DNA from: Zootoca vivipara
Lineage: Eukaryota
Assembly (NCBI RefSeq): GCF_963506605.1
Contig: NC_083285.1
Coordinates: forward strand, 42,036,001-42,100,000
Length of the DNA: 64,000 bases
Direction of reading: 5' to 3'
Positions 1 through 13,700 of the stretch are shown here, piece by piece; the first letter of the stretch is position 1; each line of letters opens with the position of its first letter. The notes under the pieces are model-generated. The model was not told the origin of the DNA. It saw only the letters and a list, made by a program, of their open reading frames with translations, and searched no databases. Position numbers and translations under genes: made by a program.

Positions 1-168
1 ACTCTTTACAAATATAAAATATCTCATTTAGAGATCCAAAAAGTGCTACACAGACAAAGTCTGGTTGCTGGATAGTTCTGTAACATTTTCTCCTTTACAT
101 TCAAATGTAAAAGATTTCTGTTGATCTAACTAAAACAAAACTTTGCTTTAATCTCATTCACATTAGTT

Positions 169-174
169 TTTATT
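169..174 (-). terminator. Candidate polyadenylation signal for XPNPEP3
   Basis: AATAAA on the minus strand ~1.4 kb past the stop codon. Confidence 0.35.
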
Positions 175-1573
175 TTTTGATCTTGGGCATGCAAGACAAT
201 TTACAAAAAAAAAATCACATTTATCTAAGGATTGCATCCTGCCTTACAATGGGTATGAATACCCAAATACAAAATACTGATACCTTGCATTAGTTCAGAA
301 TGATGCAGTCACATTTAAATTGCTGCATTTCTCAGGAAAAAAAATATGGAAGTGGAGAATTTCTCATTTCCTGGTCTCCATCTCTCTGTATTTGGCCAAG
401 GAAACTTACACATGGCTTAATATTCTAAAGGTGGTGATGAGATTTCTGCAAATTCCCCACTCCCAATGCAGCTCTCTGCATCATGACCCACAACATTCCC
501 AATAGTTCCACAACCCTAAAGAGAAGATTTTTGGAGGGTTCAGTGGGCTGTAAACAGAAGGAGTCAGAAAATCTCATTCTGTGAACATGAATTAACTCTG
601 CCCCTTTCAGGGAAGGAAAGTCAGGTTTTAAGATACTGAATGCAAAATGCACATATTATGTACTTGGTTATCTACACCTAAATACAAACAGTTGCAGAAT
701 GTCATTGCCAGTGACTCTTCAAAGAACCAAGGAAAAGGGGGCAGAAAATGTATAGAAAAAAGTAGGAACCCAAACCCCATGGCAAGCTTCCTCAGTGAAA
801 CTACATGCAAGCCACCAAACTAGCTTATACACCCCAAACTGTCATTTGTATGCCTTGTACTGACTGATCTAAAAGTTTGGTCTGCTTAAGCTCACCATAT
901 CAATGCTCTTTGGCACACCTCATTTTCATAGGATTGGGTTGTGAGTTGTTATTCACAGAATGACTTTGACATCATTTCCTAAAGCTAAAGCTCTTCTTTT
1001 GCCTTCAAAGAAAGAAGTGTGACTTAAATGTTAAGGTTTTGTCTCTCGGCTTTCTATTCATCAGCTGGAGCATTTGCGCTGCTACCTTCAAAAGACCACC
1101 TTTTGCAAGGGAGAAAAAGGAAAGGACACTTTTTCCTGCTTTTGAAATTAAAGCAAAGGGCAATCTCATCAGAAGTCAAAATTCAGCTCTGCCCCCACAA
1201 CCCAATCTGAGAAACTAAGGAACAACCACGCCACAATTCAATACATCACTGTAAGTGACAAACAAGATTTGCACAGGGGCAATAAATAGTCCAGGTGGTG
1301 GGATGTGAAATCCAGCTTCTGTGCCTGATTTGCTTTAACATTTGCATCAAAGTTGACGACTTGTCATGCAACTACATTTTCCCCACTTAAATACTTTGTT
1401 CATGCTGTCCAAAAATATTTACACACATTTCCCTGCAGGTAACATTTTTCCAGCGGCACCACTCTAAAAATCCTATAAATACACTATAAAGTCTATAAAG
1501 GACTACATAATGTTTGGGAGAGCATATTTCTTGATCTGTACCTGAGCAAGGTGTCAAAGGCAGTGAAGGACAG

Positions 1574-1740
1574 TCAAGGGCGGCAGTCACAAACCTGCTC
1601 AATGTCATAGATCTCCTTTGGGCAGTCTGCAGACAGGATTAATGGTGTGTTCTCTGTCACTACAACATCATCTTCTATGCGTATACCAATGCCACGAAAA
1701 CTTTCAGGGGCACTCACATCATCCTCGGGGATGTAGATGC
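1574..1740 (-). CDS. XPNPEP3: XPNPEP3 last coding exon
   Basis: Acceptor tttccag; [54 protein letters not shown] then TGA. Confidence 0.95.
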
Positions 1741-4700
1741 CTGGAAATAAATGTGGCAATCCAAAACTAAAGGGCCTGGGTTAAAAACTACGTCACAAAT
1801 ACGCAACATGTCTCTAATGATTTATTTTAAAACATTTATAAACCGCTTAATATTTCAGAAAACTAACACGATTTAGAAGGCAGGATACATGAATACAGTC
1901 ATAACTCGGCTCCCAAACACCTTAGGAGTCGAACGTTCCGGCTCCTGAACGATCGAAAACCAGAAGTGAGTGTTCAGTTTTCCAAATTGTTTTTTGGAAG
2001 CCGAATGTCTAGCGTTGCTTCCGCTATTGTTTCCGGCGCACCTGCGCAATCAGAAACCAATCAGAAGCCACGCCTTGGTTTCCAAACATTTTGGAAGTCG
2101 AGCCGTACCAATGCAGAGGTTTTTCTAAGACACTGAACCATGGATACATCCGCAACAGAATAAAGCTTGTGGAATCTCTTTCCTTAACAGATGTTAATGA
2201 ACTAACCTACAGTATTGCAAGTTCTACTAAAATAATATGCTATTTTATGGGCTCAGAGCATTTTGGAAAAATGTAAGTTGTTGTGTTGTGTTGTGTAGTA
2301 TAGTGTCAGTGCCCCTAGCAGTTCAAGTGTTGCTCAGCCCTCAGGTTACTGTCCTAGGTTTATACCAGATGCAGCTTACACGTCTCCTAGCTTTTCATTG
2401 TTGCTGTAAAAGCTAGAAATGTAGGAACTTTAGAAATGTGAGAACTAGGATTCTCAGGAAGGCAAGTTAGGAGAAAATACCATATATGCCAACCGAATGG
2501 CAATTCTGTGAACCCATGGTATACATGCGGAGACATGTATGTTTATAGTTGTAGGCATTTGTATACACAAGTGTCTATACATACACACACAGTCCTGCAA
2601 ACTTTATTCCAGCATTGTTGATTGTTGATAAGGTGTATTTTTACCTGGCTCAATGGTGATCACCATGCCTGGCTGGAGGGGGATTGATCGAGATACATCG
2701 GGGGTGTCGTGAACATCCATTCCCAGATAATGTCCCACATGATGAGGGCAGTATTTCCGAACAGCCTACAAGTCAATGACATGTTCGTAAAGCAAGTGAA
2801 ATGTGAAGGGATGTACACATTTCTTCAGCGCTGAGAGTGGAAACATACATTGAAAGGGAAGTATGCAACTGATTCATAGTTCTTGCTTCTGTACAACCAG
2901 CATCATTTGCGTGGTCAACCCCTTTGATTCCTCTCATTTGCCTTCTTTTCCCTGAGCCTCTCTCACAAAACCACAATGTTTAGGTCCTAACGTTCAAATT
3001 CACAGGCAGCTGGCTGAAGATAAAAAGAAAGCCTCTAACACAAACAATATAAGGCGTTTATTGTTGTGACTACAACTAGCTTTAAATGTTTTGCTTTAAA
3101 TTGCAGGCCTATCAGTGGGAATCAGCTTCAATAGCCAAAAATGCAACCTCCATTTTGAGATACAGTTTTTCTCTGACCTCTTACCGGTAGATACACTTAA
3201 ACTGTGCTCATGAAGCTCCCTGAAACATTTCCCTGACTACCACTGGAAGGCAGGAGTACTGCAGCTAAAAGGATCACTTGTCTGTCTCACCACAATAATT
3301 CAGATTTCCCAACAGCTAATTCACAAAATGCTCTTTTTAATTGGGCACTGTGTAGAATTAGGATCTTCACCTTTTTCCACTAGCCAACATAGGCAGTGGT
3401 TGGAATTGCTCCTAGTACCAGTACTTACCTTCTCTCAGTGAAGGGGAATAGCAGGATACACACCAACTGCTGTCCATCTCGAGCAGACAAGTGCCTTTTT
3501 CTAGCAGGTTGTCCCCAGGGTTTTTGTTTTTGTTGCGTGTGGGGAGTGCATTCTGCATTTTTTTGGTTTATTTATTTTTGTACATTTTAATTGCTTTTTC
3601 ATATAAACAGAAGAAAACTAGGACAAATTCAGAAGTATTGCCACAAAGTTGCTATGTCTGATTTCCAACCAAACTGTAGCACGTATACTGTACTTTGAAA
3701 CTCTCTGCACACTGACATCATGCAAGCATCTTCACTGTACAGTACTGTACTCTATTCACCACCTGCTTAGAACATTTTTGTTTAGCCAAACCAATCCAGA
3801 CATGTAGATGTTGATGCATTTTAATCTCTTTTTCCGTTTGCATTTCATCGTTTTTAAATACAGGTAGGTAGCCGTGTTGGTCTGAGTCGAAGCAAAATAA
3901 AAAAATTCCTTCAGTAGCACCTTAAAGACCAACTAAGTTTATATTTTGGTATGAGCTTTCGTGTGCATGCACACTGTGTATCTGAAGAAGTGTGCATGCA
4001 CACGAAAGCTCATACCAAAATATAAACTTAGTTGGTCTTTAAGGTGCTACTGAAGGAATTTTTTTATATTGTTTTTAAATGTCTTTCATTACTTGCTTTT
4101 ATTTAGTTTTAATATCTCTTTTACACCACTTAAGAGATTTTGTTACAATCAAGTGGAATATAAATTTTGTTAAATAAAATACTGTACTCCCCCCCCCCGC
4201 AACCCAAAATCTTCCTCCACAGTAGTCAACATGTTCTCAAGTGGCTGACAATAATCGTTTTGCACAGTAAATAAAAAAAGAATGCCATGTAGAATAAAGG
4301 TCTTCGCTAGTGGTTTGAGTTCTAAGCGCTTTACATTTTTCTGTTAACTTCTCCATCAAGGCTAAGGTCTAAATAGTTTGTACCATTTGTCAAAGGAATT
4401 TAATGTACCTCCAACCTCTAGCTACAATGCGTTTGGCTGCCACAAAAAGGAAATATCAAGAAGTTCTTAATACATCAAATTCCCAGCCTCACCTTCATAA
4501 ACTGACAGCAGTGCTAGCTCAGTATTGATGTCACTGAGCTGCAGCGACTCTCCAGGGTCTTTTATACCTGGCAATGCCAGGGATTGAACCAGGGAGTGTG
4601 TTAATGCAGCTGACTTATGGCTCATCCTCTGTGTGCATTTTTAAAAGGACATATTCAGCCTGATCCAAGTCACAGGATTGGCTTTTACTTTGAACAGGGT

Positions 4701-7700
4701 CTCTCTAATTTGCAACATCTTTCGACGTATCATAGAGAGGGAATTGAATTTAACTTTTTTAAAAAAGCTTCCTATAGAGGTGAACATCTGACCTCCCTCA
4801 AATAATTCCGGGGAGTGGCAATCAAAAGAGGGAAATAACCTGTGCTGAAATACTATTTGTGCCTGTATCTGTCCATCAAAGAACAAAGCAAGAAAAACAC
4901 ACCTGTTGTGTGTGCAGCATTACCCAGCGAAGCAGAATCAAAGTGACTCATTAATAGAAACTTCCCGAATAGTCGGATTCCTACTTTTTATGAGAACAAA
5001 ATCCCGCTGTGAGAATACCTCCCGTAACTCTCACCACCACCAAAAAACGAAGCATTTCCCTCTCCTCGCCTGCCCCCTGTGGCAGTTCTGTTTAATGATA
5101 TCACAGGCAAGTTAGAACAGTCCCACCCCACTCAAATGACACTTGTCAGGAATTAAAACTATTGCATGCCTGAGTTAGCTGAATGTTCTGCCATCTGCGG
5201 GACGAGAGAGGTACTGCTACCAACCCTTGGTTTTACAAGACACATCCTTTCTGGACCTGGAACAATACCAGAAGCACCCACATTGACAGGAAGTTGGCAC
5301 TTCGAAATTGCAATGGCCAGTTTTGAAGGGCCTGTTTGCTTTTTTTTTAATGGAGAAAGGCAGCAGATTACTTCCTTACATCATTATCTACTGAAAGTAC
5401 CTTGAAGAGGTGGCTCTCAGGGGTGCTTTTCTGTAAGATCCCCAAATCTTTTAGCTTCTGTCCAGTGAGGGTCAGCATGAGACTGTAAATGTTCTCTAGG
5501 CTCACGCCTGGAGAACACAGCCTCAGGCAGGACTTCTGGACTTCCAGTACAGCCTCGTACAATTCTGCTTGGGGACTGGTGAACCTGAGGAGGAGAGAGC
5601 AATGCAAACCACTTCAAGCAGGGTTTGAACAGGAAGGAAAGCCTGTCCAGGCTACAAAATAATGATGTGATGTGACCCTCCCGAAACTGTTCCACATCAG
5701 AATGCAGGTGGAGAAGTGCACGTTCGAATACTTGCCTCTTATCAAATACTCTGAAGAAGTGTGCATGCACACGAAAGCTCATACCAATGACAAACTTAGT
5801 TGGTCTCTAAGGTGCTACTGGAAAGAATTTTTTTATTTTGCATCAAAATTTGGTATGTTAAGGAGAAGACAAGGCTTAAAATGCTGGCTTTCCACACAGG
5901 AAGGGGAATGAGTGCCCCATCTGTAGTCTTTTTTAAAAGTAACTTTTACTGTATTTTCCAGATAGAACATACAAAGGATGCACAAAATATGAATACAAAC
6001 TAATTCTCCCAACAGAAGCCCCACCTGCATTCTGAAGTGGAACAGAACCATGTGAAATATCTAAATGAGTAGAGTAGTTCTGCATCACCACAGCCATAAG
6101 CCATTACCCTCATGCTGAAGTTTGTGAAACAGGCTGATCGTTCTGTACTGAGCAAGAACATGCAAGGATAAGCAGGGGAGAAAAGCCCCTGAAGCACAAC
6201 GAACTAGAGAAAGGACAGTGGTGAAGCAGAGACACTTTTCAGGAAACTCAACAGAGCAAAGCTATCACAGGTTTATTGAAATTGTACCTGGATTCATTTT
6301 CCCAACACCCTCCAAAAACTCCCCAACAGATAGATGCAGGCATGCTCAGGAGGCTGCAAGTTGCAGCTCTTTCACGGCCTCAAAAACAGCGTGGGATTCT
6401 CCTGCTGGGAACAGAACCTACCTGCCATTGATGGGCCAAGTGCGGGTGATGTCGCTTACATAACAAGAGTATTCGCATCCCCCATCCAGTAAAACCATTT
6501 CTCCATCCTGGGGCAGAAGAAAAAGCAATTCATGCAACCAGAGGCAGAAAATAAGAGAGAACTCTTTGAACTTGAATTTATGCATAATAGTGGGTGGGAT
6601 AAACTACTACTACTTTTTCGTCAGACAGAAGACCAGGGAGTTGGAAGCTGTTTTCCAGCTGTAGTCCTGCCCTTTCTTGAACATCCAGTCTGCCTACCTA
6701 GGTTAGGCCAAAGCAATTTTAAAAAGTTGGTGCCATGTTTGCTCAAGAAAGTATGAGATACAAAATAAGCATCTTCTAATCAGATCAGCTTCTCCTAGTG
6801 CAGAGCTTTAAAATAAAATTCTGAGTTACACAGAACTCTACCAGCCAATAGATTAGCCAGGCATGTCAAACTAGCGGACCTCCAGATGTTTTGGCCTACA
6901 ACTCCCATGATCCCTAGCTAGCAGGACCAGTGGTTGGGGAAGATGGGAATTGTAGTCCAAAAAATCTGGAGGGCCGCAAGTTTGACATGCCTGGATTAGA
7001 CAGATGGGAGATTCTTAGCTATACAAAAGAGGAAAAGCTGTTTATGCTCAATTACAGATTGCTCCAATGACCCATGAAGCCAACTGCAGGTAATGCAGGA
7101 ATGAAGACCTGTGACCTTCCAAATGTGGTTGGACTACGATGCCCATAATCTTTGAGCATTGGCCATGGTATCTGGAGATTATGGGTGCGGAAGTTCAACC
7201 ATACTTGGAGGGCCACGGGTTCCCCATCTGTGTCCTAATGGTAAATGAATATATTTGAAATGTTTTGCGTTGTCCATGATTTAGCTGAAGTAACTAAAAT
7301 CTTTGTCATAGATGACGACTTCATGCTCTCTACTTTATATAAGTCCCTCTAAACGTAAATGGTCACCCTATTTTGATGGGCTCTTCTTAAAATCACAGAC
7401 TGCTTGCATTATAAGGCCTGCCTGCAGAGACTTGAATGGGACAGACGTAATCATCACACTCACTGTCTTTAAAAAAACAAAACCATTCACTTATTTTAAT
7501 AGAATTGATATAATATTATTTTATAACATGCTGGAAGCATATTAAAAACCTTATTGTGATCTCTGTGACAGTTCAGCTCAACTGGATGGAATGCGTACAA
7601 AAGATTCTGATAAACCTCGAAATCCATTTCAGGGCAGCTGTGATCAGTGTTCTTAAGTTCCAGAAGGGAACGGTGGAGATAAAAGACCTTGTTTTAAGAA

Positions 7701-10700
7701 CTGAGTCTCACTAGTAATATGCTACTCTCGAAAGAGTCCACCTGCTGCCCTGCGACAAGAGGGCCTCCCTGTGCTTGTGCACTTCAGCTGTTCGTTATCA
7801 TTCCTATATCCCCCCCAATCTCCCTCAAAGTAATCAGAATAGGGAAATCCCTTCCTTAGTCAAAAGCCTCCCTTTCCCCCAGCAATTATTAGTCACCTGT
7901 TAAAAAGTATCATAATTTTGGAAACTGGCATTCACCAGTCTCTTTGTAAGGGAAGGAAGGAAGGAAGAGAATATCTACTTCTGAAGAAATACTTTTTTTA
8001 AATGACTGAATAATAAAGACCTGGACTCTGTGACACTACATTCAAACCAAGAAGGGGAAAACAGTGTGAGAGGAATTCTGCAGGGACCATCCAGATATGA
8101 GAACATGCATTAAATCTGTTCAGTTTTTATGTGCAGAAATATAATCCCTTATTATTTCCCACACAAGGAGCATCATGTTTGATGTAGATGTATGAGAATG
8201 TCCCAGAAGTTATTTGCTTGGCTTTCTCAAGAGGGAGTCCCTCTCTCTAGACACAGGGTAGGCAGAAGTACCCTGGGACAGAGCAGAGCTGGTTTTACTT
8301 AATAAACCATTCAGGAACAGGACTGTGTAGTCCTCTTTTTAAGATGTCTGAGTCCTGCTCTTTCTTCACTGCTCTCTTCAATGGACCAATGATCACACGC
8401 CCCTCAAGGACAGGCGCTGCTGCAAAACCACTTGAGTTTGAGGCTTTGCCATCATGGCGGTTAATATATACAAGTACCAGTCGTGTAACTGGGCCAGACA
8501 GTGTGATTATTTCTACGCCAGCAACCCTGATGGTTGATGGCATCAGCCAGACCATTCAGTCAGGTTGATTCATGCAATACGAGCCACAATAACTTACAGC
8601 AAACATGGGACCCTCCAAGCTCATGGCATCCGAATAGGTATCTAGTCAATTACCAGAGTTGAAGAAAGGGTGATACGGAAGATGACTGTTTGAAAATATT
8701 CTCTAAGGTAGATCTTTTCTACACTGACTTGGTAATTGGCTCTGCTCCCTGGAGGACCTTCTTTGCTTTCAAACACATTTTCGTTGCCTCCAGCATCTTT
8801 CTTCTACCCTTCACAAATCAACCGACGACACTGGTACACAGTAGGAAATAATATAACAGTCTTCCCTTAACCTGGTGCCCTGCAAGCGTTTGGGACTACA
8901 ACTCCCATCAGCCTCACCTAGCAAGGTCAATGGTCGTGGATGATGAGAGGTGCAGTCCAACAACATCTGGATGGGTTAGGTACAGGCACCCCCAAACTTC
9001 AGCCCTCCAGATGTTTTGGACTACGATTCCCATCATCCCTGACCACTGGTCCTGTTAGCGAGGGATCATGGGAGTTGTAGGCCAAAACATCTGGAGGGCC
9101 GCAGTTTAGGGATGCCTGGGTTAGGCCGTAGCTAAGACTCTAGCACTGTATAGACACATTGGATTCGCAGGACACTTCCATGGTATGCTGATTACTAGAA
9201 AAATCTGTAAGGGTGATGTTTGTATAGCTCTCATTCAGAATGGGGGACTCAAATTGTACCTCCAAAATCAATGTGCTCCCACACTAGCAAGAAAGGTTAA
9301 GTTTAGTATACATGTGGTCATATAGCAGGGATGGGGAACCTTTGGCTCTCAAGAAGATGCTACATTACAGCTGCCATCACCCCTGATGGACTGGACCGGC
9401 GGATGAGAGTTGTAGCCCTGCAACGTCTGTTGGGCCACATGGAGCTGTTTATAAATCACTCTTCAACATAAATAAATCACTCAGCTACCATATCAAAATT
9501 CAGCACATAGCAATTTTCAAAAAGTATGAAAACCTGGCATGTTGGTCTCTTACGGTTGAAACTTGAGACATGAAGTTTAAAGCATAAGAGAGACCAGGCA
9601 TGCCAACACAGAGTAAGCCAATCGGCACAGGAGGTGGAATGTTGGGCCCCAGGGGTTCCACTGTCTCTTCCAATATTTGCATTTGGGAAAGGGGTGCTTC
9701 CAGTAGCAGGCAGGAAAAACTGATGCTTGCTGAATGCAAAAAAATTGGAGAGAAATCACAATTAACAGAAAAAAGACAGGGAATGAAATATTGGCTTATG
9801 AAACAAGGCTTATCTGATCTAAACACTATTTGCTCACTGAGCACACAGTGGTATGTTAGGAGTGCTTCTGACTGAGTTGCTGTTCAGCACATTTCAAAAT
9901 GTATTGGGCCAAATAAATCTTGTTTTGGCAACTTCCGAGATTTCATCACTCCTTTCTTTGCTTGCAGAATGCAAGCCTCCTTTACCAAGACACACACACA
10001 GAACACTTTATGTGCAGACACCCTCTGAAGGCAATTACTATCATTGAACAGTGAAGGTTCAGTTGTCAAACCGAAGATCGTAATGGGAAGAACAGTAGTT
10101 TTGGAACAAGTCCATGTGAACTCTGTGAGGACAACACCCAAGATAAATGTTACAGCTTCTCGGATTCAAGTCAGATATGCAAACCTAACAAGGAAAAAGC
10201 ACCGCAGAGTCACTCCATAAGCTCAGGCTTTGCTGAGGCATACTCCTGACCACACCCTCTCCTCCATGTTAAGCTAGCTATGGTAAGAGATGGCGTGGAC
10301 ACACACCCAGGAAGCAGAGGTCACAACTCTGAGGGGTGCTTAAAACAGCAAACATGGGTCAGAAGAAAACTTCTCCAAATAGTTTTGCAAGGCTTCAGAG
10401 ACATGAAGTTATCGGTAGGTTGCAGTAGGAAGTGTCAGAATCCATTTGGTTACCTTGATGAGCTGGTTGTTTTTCACATAATGCAAGGTGTTGGATCTGT
10501 TGCCACCTGCAACCACAGGAGGATAAGCCAAAATATCAGCACCACGAGCCCGGCACTCAAATTCAAACTGGAATAATTAAGTTGGAAATAAGAAAACCCA
10601 TTAGTTCTAGCTCAGGATTGCACAGGACACATCCGAGCCCTTTTCTGCCTGTGCATCGGACAACAAACCAATATGGTAGAGCAGGGGTCAGCAAACTTTT

Positions 10701-13700
10701 TCAGTAGGGGGCCGGTCCACTGTCCCTCAAACCTTGTGGGGGGCCAGACTATATTTTGGGGGGGGAAAGTGAACGAATTCCTATGCCCCACAATGCATTT
10801 TAAATAAAAGGACACATTCTGCTCATGTAAAAACATGCTGATTCCCGGACCATCTGCGGGCCAGATTTAGAAGGTGATTGGGCCGCATCTGGCCCCCGGG
10901 CCTTAGTTTGGGGACCCCTGTGGTAGAGGATACAATGTTGGGCTTGAATTCACTGGTAGTTTTTAAGTGGCTAAATCAATTTCAGATTTACACAACTCCC
11001 TTTGCCTCGGACAATTCTTCCGTTTGTTGTATTTATCTGGCTCCTTGATGTTTCTGATTTGGGCTCATTGGATGAACTATTCGAAAGAAATGTGTAAAAC
11101 CAGGAGGCACTTCTAATTCCATTAAGCGCATTCTCTGTGGCAGGCTTAATCCATATCCTAGGCAAATCATTACTTATGCAGGGAAGAAAGACTGTACACA
11201 TTCTTGGATACAAAGGTATAAAACCCTCATATGAGAGTGCATATGAAATAAAAAATATTTGTTGTTTGACTAACAAATGCAAAATTATAAACACCTCTTA
11301 AGGTTTGTCAGGTTTGTCCTCAACTCCTCTGAAACCTCACTCACATATATGTTATCCTTTTGAAAGGAAGTAAGTTTAGGGAAAGATGCATAATGAGTTG
11401 TGGCAGAGCAAAGGCCTATATTAAGCTCCCATTGTTGTCTTAGAACAGGCATCCCCAACCTGCGGCCCTCCAGGTTTTTGGCCTACAACTCCCATGATCC
11501 CTAGCTAACAGGACCAGTGGTCAGGGATGATGGGAATTGTAGTCCAAAACATCTGGAGGGCCAAAGGTTCGGGATGCCTGTCCTAGAAGGAAAACTAACA
11601 GTGCAATCCTCCACATGTCTACTCAGAAGCCAGTCCTAGTAAGGCCAATAGGACTTATTCTGAAGTATACTGTAAGGTAAGGTAAAGGTAAAGGACCCCT
11701 GGACGGTTAAGTCCAGTCAAAGGCAACTATGGGGTGCGGCGCTCATCTTGCTTTAGGCCGAGGGAGCATATGTTTGTCCACAGACAGCTTTCCAGGTCAT
11801 GTGGCCAGCATGACTAAACTGCTTTTGGCACAACAGAACACCGAGACGGAAACCAGAGTGCACAGAAATGCTGTTTACCTTCCCGTCACAGTGGTAACTA
11901 TTTATCTACTCATACTGGCATGCTTTTGAACTGCTAGGTTGGCAGAAGCTGGGATAGAGTAACAGGAGCTCACCCCGTCACGCAGATTTGAACCACCAAC
12001 CTTCTGATTGGCAAGCCCAAGAGGCTCAGTGTTTTAGATCACAGTGCCAGCCGTGTCCCCTCTGAAGTATGTGTGCATAGGACTGCTGCCTAAGAGGTCA
12101 ACGCAATACTAAGAGGGGAGATGTTATTGTTTCATTTTTGTTCTATTTATCTGTGCTTTTATCTTGTATTTTTATCTTATGAAGAGCAGTATATAAATTC
12201 AATCAATCAATCCCAACTGCATGAAGAATTATGATGCTTTCTAGGATACTACAAAGCACATACCTTAGCATACAGAAATGCTTCATCCACTGGAGCTTTG
12301 CTTGCAAACATTGTCTCCACAAACGCCTGTCAAAACATCAAATATAGAATAAACATAACTTAGGACCCAAAACCAATCTATGGCCTGTGATGACAAAAGA
12401 AGGCTTTTACTGCTGGGCAGGTTCGCCAGAGGTGCCAATAACTGCCTCTTTCACAGCATTCCCCATGCTGGCTTTTGCACCACAAAAGAGGGAAATATTT
12501 GTGTTAGGATTGTATAAATTTTCAAAACCATACCCCTGTTTCTGTCATTACCCTCAAAAGCTGACAGAGGTTTGTTCATGGAAGTCTGAAACAAAGCGGA
12601 GTCAATTATGTACAGCATCTTTCAGTTTCTCAAACAGTTGTTAGTTTGTGTCTGTGATATAAAACCCACCTGGGTCTGGATGTAGATCTGCCTGGACTGC
12701 TGTAAATACATTCTAATCCTGGTTGAGGAGGGAAATATGGTGGCAAGATTCCAAATGCTTGAGATCTCTTCTTGGCTTTGGGAAAACCACCATTAGTCAG
12801 CCAGGTCCCCAACATCTAACACCCAGTTAAACAAGGTAGCCAGACATGGGAGAAAAACACATTGCATGCTCCCATACAGATCTCAAGGCAATCTGTCCAG
12901 ACCAGTCACTTCTGGCTTTATGGTACAGCAGCCTCCGGAAGCAGAGCCATAACTACTCGATTCAATTCAAACCAAGCCAGTTAGCACAAGCCATGGTTTC
13001 TGATACTGATCTGCTATCTAATCTAAAGTACTAGTTACAGGTAGGTAGCCGTGTTGGTCTGAGTCGAAGCAAAATAAGAAAATTCCTTCAGTAGCACCTT
13101 AAAGACCAACTAAGTTTATATTTTGGTATGAGCTTTCGTGTGCATGCACACTTCTTCAGATACACTAGGTGTATCTGAAGAAGTGTGCATGCACACGAAA
13201 GCTCATACCAAAATATAATCTAAAGTAGTGATTCTTTACTTGAAAAATCGTGCTTAACCTTCATTAATCTTCCGTAATCATGGCTTAATGTGATGCCCGA
13301 ATTAAGCCTGTATCCTCAGTCACTTCTCATCAAACCATTGTTTTCTTTTACAATGCAATAAAATAATGTCCTTAATGAGTAAGTAAAGTTGCAAAGCTTA
13401 TCTAAAGCAACATGAATATTTATGGTAACAAGCGTCAACACAGCAACATAGTATATGCCAACAAAACAACAAGTTGTAATATTAAGAGCAATAATCGTGT
13501 CAGATTTACAAACACTTTCACAGGGTTTGGTACCGGTACCCACTTGTGGGTCCCAGACCATAGGTTGGTAAACACTGTTCTAGAGAAGAAATCTGAGTGT
13601 TGGAAGATTCTGGACAGAGAAATGGAATCCACCACTACAATATATAATTACGAACACCAGTTTGGATAGCTTTAAAAGGGCTTAAAAGAATTCATGGATA

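Larger units (their letters stand above)
13031..13218. mobile_element. Penelope-like element end, inverted pair
   Basis: Perfect 50-bp arms 13116-13165 and 13169-13218 with a 3-nt loop; 12-bp flanking duplication TAATCTAAAGTA (13019-13030, 13216-13227). Confidence 0.78.

Noticed and set aside
8295-8568. Overlapping 86-aa and 74-aa ORFs in an XPNPEP3 intron
   Set aside because: No recognisable homology or frame-compatible splice sites; BLASTx would be needed to dismiss them fully.
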